Of a DNA stretch of 64,000 nucleotides, positions 8,835 through 19,845 are shown piece after piece; within the stretch, counting starts at the first letter, position 1; each line of letters opens with the position of its first letter. Under the pieces are notes generated by a model. The model worked only from the letters and a program-made list of their open reading frames with translations. It ran no database searches and was not told the origin of the DNA. Source of the DNA: Candidatus Latescibacterota bacterium (GTDB lineage: Bacteria; Latescibacterota; UBA2968; UBA8231); NCBI GenBank assembly GCA_965215195.1, contig CBDCDC010000002.1, positions 3,584,001 to 3,648,000 on the forward strand, written 5' to 3'. Position numbers and translations under genes: made by a program.

Positions 8835-10313
8835 ATGATGCAGACAAAAACGGGACAAACTATTAAACGGCCTGGAAAAACCATCATTTTCATTAAAATC
8901 CTTTTGGTTCTCATCCCGTTTCTACCGCTTATAGGACTAGAAATCTATTTGCGGCATACTCATTACGGCCTTGATGATAGGCTATTTATCCCCATGCGTG
9001 ATCCTCAGTATGGCCTTGAGGATAGGTCATACATCCCTCAAAGATCCTCTTTTACTTATCAACTTAACCAGGAGTTGTACCGAAAATATTATTCAATTAA
9101 TAATCCAATGCTTAAACATCTAATTCCCAAGATAAGTATGAAACAGCGAAAGTCCGAAAAGGATTTTCGCATATTTTGTCTTGGGGGATCAACGACAAGA
9201 GGGCCGTTTCCCATGCTACTTCACGAATTATTAAAACGATCCAAAGTGGATAAAACGGTAGAAGTGGTTAACTTGGGCATAGATACCTTTAATAGTTATC
9301 AGATTCTCGACATTACGAAAAAACTTCCTCAGTATGATCCAGATCTTTTGGTTATTTATATGGGACATAACGAAATTTATGGACCAGTTGGCGTAGCATC
9401 GAATGTGGCATTGGGCACGTCTCGCGAAGTAATCAATCTGATTTTACAATTACGCGAGATTAAGATATTTCAGCTAGCAAACAGCTTTTACTCAAAATTA
9501 AGAGCACCGTCTAGTCAATTTGAAAGGAAAAGATCGCCATATAAAATGATGGTGAACAGTTCTCTTGCCCCTCATCATCCTCTACGGGAGCAAGCCATTG
9601 AGAATTTCAGGGGAAATCTCCATGAAATTATCTCTATTGCAAAGCGTCATCAAATCCCTGTGATTTTAGGGACGATCGTTTCCAATCTCCGAGATTGGCA
9701 CCCATTTGATTCACAACCACCGCCATATTCTCTCGATGTTACCCAATGGCAACAGTTATTAAAGAATGGTAAGGCTGCATTTGAACAAAATCATCTGGAA
9801 GAGGCGGAGCGTATCTACCAGACAGCAATTGAACTTTTCCCAGATCATGCCCAAACTCATTTTGATCTGGGTCATGTTTACCTTGCCCAAGGACATCAAG
9901 ATAAAGCTAAACGAGCCTTCACAAGAGCAAGAGACTTGGATATTTTACCGATCAGAGCCCCATCAGAGGTAAACGAAACTATAAAAAGTGTTGCCAAGGA
10001 AACAGACATCATATTAGCAGACCTTGAAACCGCATTCCAAGATTACGATCCCAAGAGTGTGATTGGCAAACCTATCATTGTTGAACACCTGCATCCTTCA
10101 AATGAAGGATATTATTTAATCGCAAGCCACCTAACCCACATCATTCTTAAAGAAGGGTTTTTGACCGCGAGTAAAAGATTGGATTTTGATGATCCATCCT
10201 TAAAAAGGGAACTGGATATAGGGGAACTAGATAAAGGTGACCTTATTCGACTCAGACATATGTTGAAGATATGGCCATTTAATATCAACAATGAAGGTTA
10301 TCATTATCCTTGA
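8835..10313 (+). CDS. SGNH/GDSL-hydrolase-like protein with TPR repeats, N-terminal membrane anchor
   Basis: FCLGGSTT, VVNLG, YMGHNE, EHLHPS blocks; TPR segment (GKAAFEQ..AQTHFDLGHVY); AT-rich. Confidence 0.8.
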   Translation: MMQTKTGQTIKRPGKTIIFIKILLVLIPFLPLIGLEIYLRHTHYGLDDRLFIPMRDPQYGLEDRSYIPQRSSFTYQLNQELYRKYYSINNPMLKHLIPKISMKQRKSEKDFRIFCLGGSTTRGPFPMLLHELLKRSKVDKTVEVVNLGIDTFNSYQILDITKKLPQYDPDLLVIYMGHNEIYGPVGVASNVALGTSREVINLILQLREIKIFQLANSFYSKLRAPSSQFERKRSPYKMMVNSSLAPHHPLREQAIENFRGNLHEIISIAKRHQIPVILGTIVSNLRDWHPFDSQPPPYSLDVTQWQQLLKNGKAAFEQNHLEEAERIYQTAIELFPDHAQTHFDLGHVYLAQGHQDKAKRAFTRARDLDILPIRAPSEVNETIKSVAKETDIILADLETAFQDYDPKSVIGKPIIVEHLHPSNEGYYLIASHLTHIILKEGFLTASKRLDFDDPSLKRELDIGELDKGDLIRLRHMLKIWPFNINNEGYHYP

Positions 10314-10336
10314 ACTTAAAAGAAAAACTCCGATAG

Positions 10337-10367
10337 AGCTGTCTCCCACATCGGGATGGCTTTTTTT
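10337..10367 (+). terminator. Possible weak rho-independent terminator
   Basis: AGCTGTCTC..GGGATGGCT imperfect stem followed by T7. Confidence 0.35.
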
Positions 10368-10570
10368 AAGGCATCACCGGCCTCTTGCTCCCTTCTTGCA
10401 AGAGATTCTCTTTACCTTCATCAGTTTGCTCGTCCTTTCGGCATAGACGACCGTCCCCGGCTGTAGGACCACTGTCGGGCACGAGTACCGCATTGCATCG
10501 CCACAGAAGATCTGCATCTCCGCTGATTCAGCGCCTGCGGCATCATGTTGGGGCATTAGATTGCCCTTTC

Positions 10571-12025
10571 TCAGACAGGCAGCGGCGTGAACTGTAGGCT
10601 GTACAGGTCGGCGTCGCTGAGGGCGAAGCGCAGGCTCACCGGTCTGCCGGCTAGGCCGCTGATGTCGGCGGTGCCCTTCCAAGTGACCGTATGTTCTAGA
10701 TAGTCGCCGTAGATCTCGTCGCAGTCGCTTAGGGTGTGTCCCTTCAACGCCTTGCCGTCGCAGTCCTGGATCTCGACGCGCACGGAGCCGGCGGCGGAGG
10801 TGCTTGTGTTCAGGCTCAGGGCACCGCCAGCGAAGGTGAAGGGCCGCGTGATCAGCTCGCCTCCCTTCAGCGGCGCATTGGCGGCCACAAAGCCGTCCAC
10901 GCGCAGCGTGAAGCGCCGCAGCCGGGAGGCCTCGCCGCGGTAGTATCCCTCGCTGATGAAAATCGACAACTCCTTCGGTGCCGTGGGAAGATCGTTAGCC
11001 GTCTCCAGAATGCCCCAGGCGATCATGTTGTTGCGGGTTTCCCAGCGCTCCGGCTGTAGGCCGGGCCGCACGAAGGCCTCGCCCCAGCGCTTGAAGTGCA
11101 GGCCGTCGCGGCTGATCATGTACACGCCATCCGATACACCGCCGGCCCGATTGCCGGATATGCGGCGATCCGGCGACAGGCGCTTTGGGAAGCCCATGTA
11201 GATGTGCGGGGCCCGGTGGTAGGGCGTCACCGCGTTCGTGTAGAGGTGCTCGAGGGGCGCGTCTCCGAAGTCGAGCAATTGCGGCTTCGTCCACTGGCGG
11301 AAGTCCGTTGAGGTGCAGGTCATGATCTGGCGGAAGCGCACACCGTCGGGGTAGATGGAGTCGCGGTGGTACTCGACGTAGCAGCCGCGCTGCGGGTCGT
11401 AGAAGGCGAGGTTCTGCGAGTCGAAGACATTGGTGCCCACGGTGTGATCCATCACCGGCTTCTCCGACAGCAGACTCCAATGCACGCCGTCCGCCGACTT
11501 GAAGGCATAGAGGGCCTGCTCCTCATGCGTGTTTGCGGACGGGCTGCCGAGGGCCTTGTACTGCTCGCCCTCGCGGCAGTCCGGGTTGCGGTCGCGGAAG
11601 GGCGTGAAGTTGAGCGAGCCGGGGCCGTCCCAGATGATGTTGTTGCGCGTCGAGCCCTTATAGTTCACTAGGCCCAGCTCCGGGCGGTACCACTCGATAC
11701 CGTCACGGCTCTCGGCGTAGCACACGACCGGCCTGTAATCACCGGACGGGTCGTAGTGGGAGCCGCGGTAGTAGGCCCGGAACAACTTGCCGTCTTGGAA
11801 CACCGTGTGGTAGCCGCTGGTGTTTCCCTCCCACGGCGCGTCGTGGTCGATAGCCACGTTCCGCGGCACCGGCTTTTGCAGGCGCAGCTCGACGCCGCGC
11901 AGCCGCTCGATCAGGTAGTCGTCGACGAACAGTTCGCGCCTGTCGCCCAGCTCGATGACGCCCGCCGGGGCACCGCTGGCGGTCTTTCTCTTCGTCGTCG
12001 GCTTCGCTCTCTTGTTCTTGGCCAT
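10571..12025 (-). CDS. Five-bladed beta-propeller glycosidase-like protein (GH32/GH43 superfamily-like)
   Basis: ATG 12025 MAKNK; RRELFVDD, YAESRDGIEW.RPELG, SADGVHW, SRDGLHF Asp-box-like motifs; LRVDGF C-terminal domain. Confidence 0.7.
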   Translation of the reverse strand: MAKNKRAKPTTKRKTASGAPAGVIELGDRRELFVDDYLIERLRGVELRLQKPVPRNVAIDHDAPWEGNTSGYHTVFQDGKLFRAYYRGSHYDPSGDYRPVVCYAESRDGIEWYRPELGLVNYKGSTRNNIIWDGPGSLNFTPFRDRNPDCREGEQYKALGSPSANTHEEQALYAFKSADGVHWSLLSEKPVMDHTVGTNVFDSQNLAFYDPQRGCYVEYHRDSIYPDGVRFRQIMTCTSTDFRQWTKPQLLDFGDAPLEHLYTNAVTPYHRAPHIYMGFPKRLSPDRRISGNRAGGVSDGVYMISRDGLHFKRWGEAFVRPGLQPERWETRNNMIAWGILETANDLPTAPKELSIFISEGYYRGEASRLRRFTLRVDGFVAANAPLKGGELITRPFTFAGGALSLNTSTSAAGSVRVEIQDCDGKALKGHTLSDCDEIYGDYLEHTVTWKGTADISGLAGRPVSLRFALSDADLYSLQFTPLPV

Positions 12026-12077
12026 CTCCGGTTCCCTTTCTGTACTACGGGCTATCTGCGCCAGTGTCAACCATAGC

Positions 12078-12465
12078 TCAATATCCCCACGGGCAATGCC
12101 CCGTCGCCCTGCGCTGCCATGAAAAGAACAGGGGGTTGAGGTTGATGCCGCCGTGCCCGTAAGCCATGACCAAGGTGACGTAGGAGGAACCCGCCAAGCT
12201 GACCAAGATGGCGAGGACAATCGCCGGGAACAGCCGACGCTTCTGGCCGCGGATCATCTCATTCATCTTCAGCCCGTTGGCGACCGAGGCCATCACGAAG
12301 GAGCGGACCTCGGCGTACCAGCCGTAGGAGAAGCCGAGCGCCACTAGGCCTTGGGTGCCGATGGAGGAGGTGCCGACCGCGGAGATCACGAAGGTTGAGG
12401 TCATTAGGGGAGGACGCATGGCCGGGATGCCGCCCTCGGCGACCACCCCCTGCGGAGGTGCTGTC
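12078..12465 (-). pseudogene. Internal fragment of a DUF6785-like polytopic membrane protein
   Basis: VAEGGIP...AY.HGGINL hydrophobic segment with no credible start and a truncated end. Confidence 0.5.
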
Positions 12466-12466
12466 G

Positions 12467-13525
12467 TCATTGAGACCAAGCCTGAGGGTCTAGCCCGAGG
12501 CTTTGAGCGGCCTCGACGATGTGGCCCCAAGTCGTGTCGTCGATGGGAATACCCTCTTCTTGACGCCGGCGTCCCGTGCGGTATTCGGGGTCGCCGGGCA
12601 GCAGTATCTCGCCGATGTGCGGATCGACGCGGCTGGTGGACACATGGCGGATTAGGCTTTCAAGTTCGTCGAAGTAGTAGGACATTTCGACGAAGTGCTC
12701 AATGTTGTAAACCGTCAGGTGCAGCCCGTTGCTCTGCATGACGGTCTCGCCGTTGGCACAGCCCTGACCGCTGAGGGCTCCGCCTAGGATCTCTACTACC
12801 ATACTCAGGCAGTATCCCTTATAGGCCACCGGGCCGCCGAAAGGCAGGATCGCACCGGGCGGATCGCCGACAAATGCCTGCGGATCAGTAGAGGGGTTGC
12901 CATCGTGGTCGATGATTCGGCCCTCGGGTAGCTGTTCTCCGCGGTTATGGGCGACGCGGACCTTGCCCTCGGCGCAGACCGAGGTGGTCATATCGACCAA
13001 GAGCGGATCGGCGTTGCGCCGAGGCGCAGCGCAGGATATGGGGTTGGTGCTGAGCTTGCCGTCGATCCCACCGTAGGGAGCAATTTGGCGTCCGAGATGC
13101 CCGGCGTTGCAAAAGGCTAGACCAATCATGCCTTGACGGGCGGCCTGTAGCGGATAAGCCCCCACCCGGCCAACGTGCCCGCAGTTGCGCAGGGTGGCGG
13201 TAGCAACCCCGTGCTGAGCGGCCTTGTCGATGGCTAACTGGGTGGCGAAGGTCCCGCCGATCTGGCCCATGGTCCCGCCGCCATCGACGACCACCGTGCA
13301 GGGTCTTTCGCTGACAATAGAAGGCTGGCCCTTGGGATCAAAGATGCCGTCTTGGATCTGTTGGATGTATTCGTAGAGACGCAGGCTGCCGTGCGAGTCG
13401 TGCCCGTAGAGAGAGGACTCGACTAGGTGATCGGTCACGGCGCGGGCGCTTGCGGAAGGGCAGCCGGCCGTCTCGAAAAGCTGGTAGCCGATCTGGCGCA
13501 GGTCGTCGGGTTTGATGTGCGGCAT
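12467..13525 (-). CDS. Ldh_2 family (malate/L-lactate/ureidoglycolate) oxidoreductase
   Basis: GHDSHG, GHVGRVG, LSTNP, DMTTS..AEGKV, YKGY.L motifs. Confidence 0.9.
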   Translation of the reverse strand: MPHIKPDDLRQIGYQLFETAGCPSASARAVTDHLVESSLYGHDSHGSLRLYEYIQQIQDGIFDPKGQPSIVSERPCTVVVDGGGTMGQIGGTFATQLAIDKAAQHGVATATLRNCGHVGRVGAYPLQAARQGMIGLAFCNAGHLGRQIAPYGGIDGKLSTNPISCAAPRRNADPLLVDMTTSVCAEGKVRVAHNRGEQLPEGRIIDHDGNPSTDPQAFVGDPPGAILPFGGPVAYKGYCLSMVVEILGGALSGQGCANGETVMQSNGLHLTVYNIEHFVEMSYYFDELESLIRHVSTSRVDPHIGEILLPGDPEYRTGRRRQEEGIPIDDTTWGHIVEAAQSLGLDPQAWSQ

Positions 13526-14340
13526 TAGTTGGTGGCTTCCTCGAGGACGCGCTCGATTTCCCGTTCCCAAGCCCCAGTGACTTGTACGCCGTGTTCGGCT
13601 TTGCCACCAGTGGCTTCCGGCCCCACCAAGATGGGCTGGCCGCGTCTTGCGCCGATGAGGTTGGCGCGATCGACGCAGGCGGTGTGCAGGAAGTGGAAGG
13701 CGAGCCCGGCGCGCTCGCGATGGGTAGTGTTTGCCTTGGTAGCGTGGGCAGTGCCGTAGCAGAAGAAGACGACGCCACCGGCCTTTAGCTCAATGGGCAC
13801 GGCGCGTTCTTCGGGCACTTGGCAGTGGATGTGGTGATCGGAGTAGGGATCGCGGTCGTGTGGGTATTCCTCCTTAAAGGAGTCATGCACGACGTGGATG
13901 GTACCATTTTCGATGGTTGCGTCGTGAACGGCAACCCACATGGCAGTGCCCTTTAATGGGTCGTCTATTTTGAAATAGGCGTTGTCTTGGTGCCAATCCG
14001 TGCCAATGCCGTGCCCGGCCGGCTTGAGAAACATCTGGTCTAGGTGTAGGATGAAGGGAGTGCCGATGAGTTGTGAGACAGCGACGGTGATTTTTTCGTC
14101 AAAGGGCAGGGCGCGAATGAGGTCGCTTTTGTCGTACAGAGGAATCAGTTGCAAGTTGACCTTGACGGTGGAAGGGGTCTTACCGTCGCCCTCGGTGGCG
14201 ACATTGCGGACCAAGCCCTCGCGTTTGAAGCGCTCGACTTCGGCTTGCATGGCTCGGACTTCGCGGGAGTCAAAAAAATCGGGAACCGCAGTGTAGCCGT
14301 GGTCTTTGAAGTGGGTTACTTGGGCGTGGGAAAGAGACAC
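13525..14340 (-). CDS. Phytanoyl-CoA dioxygenase (PhyH) family protein
   Basis: WHQDNAY (HxD), WVAVHDATIENG, HATKAN..R. Confidence 0.9.
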   Translation of the reverse strand: MSLSHAQVTHFKDHGYTAVPDFFDSREVRAMQAEVERFKREGLVRNVATEGDGKTPSTVKVNLQLIPLYDKSDLIRALPFDEKITVAVSQLIGTPFILHLDQMFLKPAGHGIGTDWHQDNAYFKIDDPLKGTAMWVAVHDATIENGTIHVVHDSFKEEYPHDRDPYSDHHIHCQVPEERAVPIELKAGGVVFFCYGTAHATKANTTHRERAGLAFHFLHTACVDRANLIGARRGQPILVGPEATGGKAEHGVQVTGAWEREIERVLEEATN

Positions 14341-14373
14341 GGGTGGCTCCTTGCCTTGTGCAGGGTGGCAGGA

Positions 14374-15789
14374 CTACGTTGTGCGCTGAGATGCTCGCGC
14401 CAACTCGCATAAGAGCGCGGCCGAAGTGCGGATGCCGCAGTGAAAATCGCGCGTGGAAAAGCGCTCGTTGGGGCCGTGCCAATTGTCGGTGATTTGCCCT
14501 AGACCGATGAGCAGGACTGGTGCCCCTGTCGCGGCGGCAAAATCGACGACGATGGGGATGGCGCCGCCCTCGCGGGTAAACACCGGCTCGACCCCGAATC
14601 CCTTGCGCATGGCCTCGAGTGCCGGCTCGACTAGTGGGTGATCTAGGTCCAAGCAGTAGGCCGGTGAGCAATGCTGGTTTTTGAACTCGACGCGGGTGCC
14701 TGCGGGCAGCCGAGCGCGGATGTGCCCTTCGAGGGCGGCTTGGATGCGTGCGGGATTCTGGTCGGGCACTAATCGGCAGGAGACGGCAGCTCGGGCTACA
14801 GCCGGAACGACGGTGCGTGGACTGCCGCCGCTGAGGAGGTTGATGTCGAGCGTGGGACGAGTCCAGCGCCTTTCGAGGACGGAGTACTCCTGCTCTCCCG
14901 CCAGTGAGGTCACGCCCAAGGTGCGGCAATAGGCATCCTCGTCAACCGTGAGGGCGGCGTAGAGGCTTTTTTCGCGGGCCGAAAGCGGCTGCACCCCCTC
15001 GTAGAAACCGGGCACAGCAATGTGCCCTTCGGCGTTGATGAGGCCGGCCAAGGCGTTGACGAGAAGTTGATTGGGGTTGTGAACAATGCCGCCGAAAAGG
15101 CCGGAATGCACGTCCTGCACCGGCCCAAAAACCTCGACCTCGGTATAGACAATGCCGCGCAAACCCAAAGTCAGGGAGGGCTGGTCCGGCCCGTACATGC
15201 TGGTATCGGAAATCACCGTACAGAGCACCGGGGCAAATTCGTCAAGCCCGTCCTCGGCCACAAACTGGCTCAACGCAGCGCTGCCGCACTCCTCCTCGCC
15301 TTCGATCAGGAAGACCAAATCGAACGGAAGCTGATTTCCACTGGCGAGAACGGCTTCGGCTGCCTTCAGATGTGCAAAGCAGGGTCCCTTATTGTCGCTG
15401 GCTCCCCGGGCGATGAGAAAGCCGCCCCGCTCCTCGCCAGCAAAGGGATCCACCTCCCAAGCCGAGCGCGGGTTATCTACTCCTTGCACGTCGTAATGGC
15501 CATAGATCAAGACGGTGGAGCGGTCCGGCGAGAACGCGGGACTGCGGGCGAGGACTAGGGGGTTGGTAGCGGCCCTCACTTGGATCTTCTCGACCCCAAA
15601 CCCCATTTGCTTGAATTGGCCGACGAGGAAATCGGCCGCTTGAGCAAGGCCGTCGCCTGTGTCGCCATCGGCACCAGCACTGACGCTGGGGATGCGGACA
15701 AAGGCTTTCAGTTGTTCGATATAGGCCCGCTGCTGCTCGTCGATGCACAGCAGAGCGTTTTCCAAGGCTATGCCTTCCTCTCGCATCAC
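14374..15789 (-). CDS. M20 family metallo-dipeptidase
   Basis: YGHYDVQ, RGASDNKG, EGEEECGS, DVHSG, WHGPNE. Confidence 0.9.
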   Translation of the reverse strand: MMREEGIALENALLCIDEQQRAYIEQLKAFVRIPSVSAGADGDTGDGLAQAADFLVGQFKQMGFGVEKIQVRAATNPLVLARSPAFSPDRSTVLIYGHYDVQGVDNPRSAWEVDPFAGEERGGFLIARGASDNKGPCFAHLKAAEAVLASGNQLPFDLVFLIEGEEECGSAALSQFVAEDGLDEFAPVLCTVISDTSMYGPDQPSLTLGLRGIVYTEVEVFGPVQDVHSGLFGGIVHNPNQLLVNALAGLINAEGHIAVPGFYEGVQPLSAREKSLYAALTVDEDAYCRTLGVTSLAGEQEYSVLERRWTRPTLDINLLSGGSPRTVVPAVARAAVSCRLVPDQNPARIQAALEGHIRARLPAGTRVEFKNQHCSPAYCLDLDHPLVEPALEAMRKGFGVEPVFTREGGAIPIVVDFAAATGAPVLLIGLGQITDNWHGPNERFSTRDFHCGIRTSAALLCELARASQRTT

Positions 15790-16061
15790 TCCTCTGTTCT
15801 TTGATCGTCCTCCCCGCCCTTCAGCCTAGCCCGCCATCGCGCATCTCGGCCAGTGGTAGTGCTCTTGCTGAGGTTGGATTTATTCATTAGGTTGTTGCAA
15901 CGCAAAAGTTGAAAATTGAGAATCAAATCCGACTTGCCCGCCTCGTACGCTTCCCGCGACTGTGCAATATACGTTTTTACAGCGGGCTGTAAAGTTCCGT
16001 TCATCCGTTTGGTACTATATCCCTTTGGATAGCCGCATAGCCCGCAGAGATGCGCGGTTGA

Positions 16062-17114
<1,053 letters not shown>

Positions 17115-17165
17115 CTCAATACGAGGCCCTGCGCCGCCTTAGGCGGAGGCAGAAAGGCGAAACGC

Positions 17166-17711
17166 ATGTTTGAGGAAGTCTGGAGAGCCTACGAAGAAAA
17201 CGAACTAAGCCACAGCGCTGCGCATCACCTGATGGCCATCCACGAGTTGCGCGAGATGCACGGCTACGCCCGCGTCTCGGATATCGCCAAGCACCTGAGC
17301 ATCACCAAAGGCAGCGTCTCGACGGCAATGAAGCACCTCAAGGAGCGCGGCTATGTGCAAGAGGACCTCAACCGCTTCCTCAAACTTACCGAACAGGGTT
17401 TGAAAGTGGTGCAGGAGGTTGAGGCCACGCGCTTGGTTGTGCAGCGGTTCCTCAGAGACGCCCTCGGCATGGACGAGGACGACGCCATGATCGACGCCTG
17501 CAAGGTTGAGCACCTCATCAGCAATGAGGCGCGGGCGCGGCTAGTTTGCTTTTTGCGCATGTTGTTTTCGGAAAAACCTTCGGCCAATGAGTTTCTCCAC
17601 ATGTTCCGCGAAGGTGCCCAAGAGTGCCGCGATGGCGATGTGGAATCGTGCAACCTCTGTGAGGACATCTGTTACGGCTACCCCATAGTTGCTATAGCAG
17701 AGAGCGAGTAA
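17166..17711 (+). CDS. DtxR/MntR family metal-dependent regulator with Cys-rich tail
   Basis: ARVSDIAKHL..SVSTAMKHL wHTH; DACKVEH dimerisation motif. Confidence 0.85.
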   Translation: MFEEVWRAYEENELSHSAAHHLMAIHELREMHGYARVSDIAKHLSITKGSVSTAMKHLKERGYVQEDLNRFLKLTEQGLKVVQEVEATRLVVQRFLRDALGMDEDDAMIDACKVEHLISNEARARLVCFLRMLFSEKPSANEFLHMFREGAQECRDGDVESCNLCEDICYGYPIVAIAESE

Positions 17712-17738
17712 GGGTCAGATCGCAAAACTGCACAGATC

Positions 17739-17766
17739 GGGTCGGACATCGTCCGGCCCTTTTTTT
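17739..17766 (+). terminator. Rho-independent terminator after gap-mntR
   Basis: GGGTCGGAC-ATC-GTCCGGCCC followed by T7. Confidence 0.7.
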
Positions 17767-18735
17767 ATGGCGAAAATCACGCTGGGTTTACTACAAAGTC
17801 AGTTTCTCCCCATCGGTCTGGTGACCGCGGCCGTGGTCGGCGTCTTCTTTCCAGCGCCGGGCCAGTACATGGCCGAATTGCCCACTCAGTACATCGCCGT
17901 CAGCTTTATCTTTTTTCTAGCCGGGCTGATGTTGAAGACCGACGAAGTCCACGCTGCCCTTGCCGCGTGGAAGGCGACGTCTTGGGGGTGTGTTTCGATT
18001 CTCTTCGCGACGCCCGTTCTCGGTGCAGCAATCGCGTTCCAACTCCCGATGCAGCCCGCCTTCCAATTCGGTTTGGCCCTGTTCTGCTGTATGCCCACGA
18101 CTCTGACTTCGGGCGTGGCGTTGACGGCGCAGGCCCGAGGCAACGTAGCCTTAGCCCTGCTTTTGACGGTGCTGACCAATATCGCCGGTATCGTCACGGT
18201 GCCCTTTGTGCTAGCGCATCTTCTGAGTGCCCTAGGCCAAGTTGAGCTTTCGGCCGGCGATCTGTTCGCCAAACTCTGTCTTTCGATCTTGCTGCCCTTG
18301 GGCATCGGCAAGTACCTGCGGCGCTTCGCCGCCGATTGGATCAACGCCCAGCGCTCGCGGCTGACTTTGGCCAGCAACGCGGCGCTGATCTCGATTCCGT
18401 GGATGAAATTCAGCGAGTCTGCTGGACGGCTGGCCGAGGTAGAACCGGCGAGCTTGTTGATTCTGGCGTTGTCTGGCTTGGCAATCCACGCGCTCTACCT
18501 GCTGCTCAACGGCGGTGCTTGCGTGCTGTTGCAGCTCGAAGCCGCGGCGCGCAAGGCCGTTGTGCTGATGGCCAGCCAAAAGACCCTGCCGGTGGCAATG
18601 ACGGTGCTGGCGTTTTTGCCGGAGTCGGCGGTGTCGCCCGAGCTGAAGGGGCTAATAGCAATACCTTGTATTGTGTTTCACCTAGGGCAGATTTTCATGG
18701 ATGCAGTTATCGCGACGCGGTGGGGAAACGTTTAG
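17767..18735 (+). CDS. Bile acid:sodium symporter family (SBF-like) transporter
   Basis: CMPTTLTSGV, GNVALAL, SQKTLP, FHLGQ motifs; multiple TM segments. Confidence 0.85.
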   Translation: MAKITLGLLQSQFLPIGLVTAAVVGVFFPAPGQYMAELPTQYIAVSFIFFLAGLMLKTDEVHAALAAWKATSWGCVSILFATPVLGAAIAFQLPMQPAFQFGLALFCCMPTTLTSGVALTAQARGNVALALLLTVLTNIAGIVTVPFVLAHLLSALGQVELSAGDLFAKLCLSILLPLGIGKYLRRFAADWINAQRSRLTLASNAALISIPWMKFSESAGRLAEVEPASLLILALSGLAIHALYLLLNGGACVLLQLEAAARKAVVLMASQKTLPVAMTVLAFLPESAVSPELKGLIAIPCIVFHLGQIFMDAVIATRWGNV

Positions 18736-19832
18736 TTCTTTGCTCGAAAGATCCCCGCCCGACGCAGCGCCTCGACGCCGGATTCGGCGAGCGAGACCGG
18801 GAAGTGAACGGGGCGGTTGCCCTCTAGCTGCGACTGGTAGATGGCCATGACCATTTCCAACGAGCGGCGACCCACTGCGCCGTCGCTGCGCAAGGTGCCG
18901 CGGCCTTCGAGGGCGTCAATCAACTCGGACAGTGCTGCGACGTACGTAGAGACCGGGGTCGGCCGTTCGACCTCGACTTCTTCGAGGCTGCTCCACTCAA
19001 AGCCGCTGTCCGGCTCAGAAAGCGAAACCTTGGACTGAAAGAGGCGGACTTGTTCGAGGTCCATGCGGATCAGGCCGGTCGTGCCGCGCAGTTCAAAGGC
19101 GTTGTCGTTATACTGCGTCAGTTCGGCACCGCAGATCAGCCCAGTGCCCCCCCCTTTGAACTTGAGCATCGCAGCCGAAAAATCCTCGACCGCCCAAGGA
19201 CGCATGCGCTGCTCAGCCATGCCGCACAGCCACTCCACTTCGCCGGCGTAGAGATCCATCAGGTCGAAATAGTGGGTGAAGTCGTGCAGTAAGGGGCCTT
19301 CGTTGTCGCTGCGCCACCAAGGGGCCGGCTTGCCCCCGTCCATGTAGCAATAGATGTGGTTGAGCTCGCCGATAGCTCCCTCGCCGAGGAGTGTTTTGGC
19401 GAGAACCCACTCGGAGTGCCAGCGGCGGTTGTGGTTGATCTGCAATAGCACACCCTCCGCTTGGCAGGCCGCGATCATCTGGTCGCATTCCTCCAGCGAA
19501 AGGGCCATTGGCTTCTCGCAGATGATGGCGCGCGTTGAGGAGGCTTGGGCGCAGCCGGTGACCATTTCGGCGTGGAGTTCGGGGTGGGTGGCGACGATGC
19601 AGATGTCGGGCTGGACCTCGGCGAGCATTTGCCGATAGTCGCGGTAGAGTGCCTCCACGCCGAAGCGCTCGCCGAAGGCATTGAGCTTGTCGCGCCCTCG
19701 GTTGACGCCGGCGACCAGCGCACAGGATGGGTGTTGAGCGACAGCGGCGGCGTGGTTGTCGGGCAAGTCGGAGAAACTGAACTGATAGCCGACGCGACCC
19801 GTGCCGATAATAGCAACGCGATAAGTCTTCAT
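18732..19832 (-). CDS. Gfo/Idh/MocA oxidoreductase
   Basis: ATG 19832 with GGAGG SD; VAIIGTGRVG, ICEKPMA, NHNRRW. Confidence 0.9.
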   Translation of the reverse strand: MKTYRVAIIGTGRVGYQFSFSDLPDNHAAAVAQHPSCALVAGVNRGRDKLNAFGERFGVEALYRDYRQMLAEVQPDICIVATHPELHAEMVTGCAQASSTRAIICEKPMALSLEECDQMIAACQAEGVLLQINHNRRWHSEWVLAKTLLGEGAIGELNHIYCYMDGGKPAPWWRSDNEGPLLHDFTHYFDLMDLYAGEVEWLCGMAEQRMRPWAVEDFSAAMLKFKGGGTGLICGAELTQYNDNAFELRGTTGLIRMDLEQVRLFQSKVSLSEPDSGFEWSSLEEVEVERPTPVSTYVAALSELIDALEGRGTLRSDGAVGRRSLEMVMAIYQSQLEGNRPVHFPVSLAESGVEALRRAGIFRAKN

Positions 19833-19845
19833 GGGACCTCCAGCC

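Noticed and set aside
10374-10570. Short minus-strand ORF after the propeller gene
   Set aside because: No recognisable motif or convincing start.
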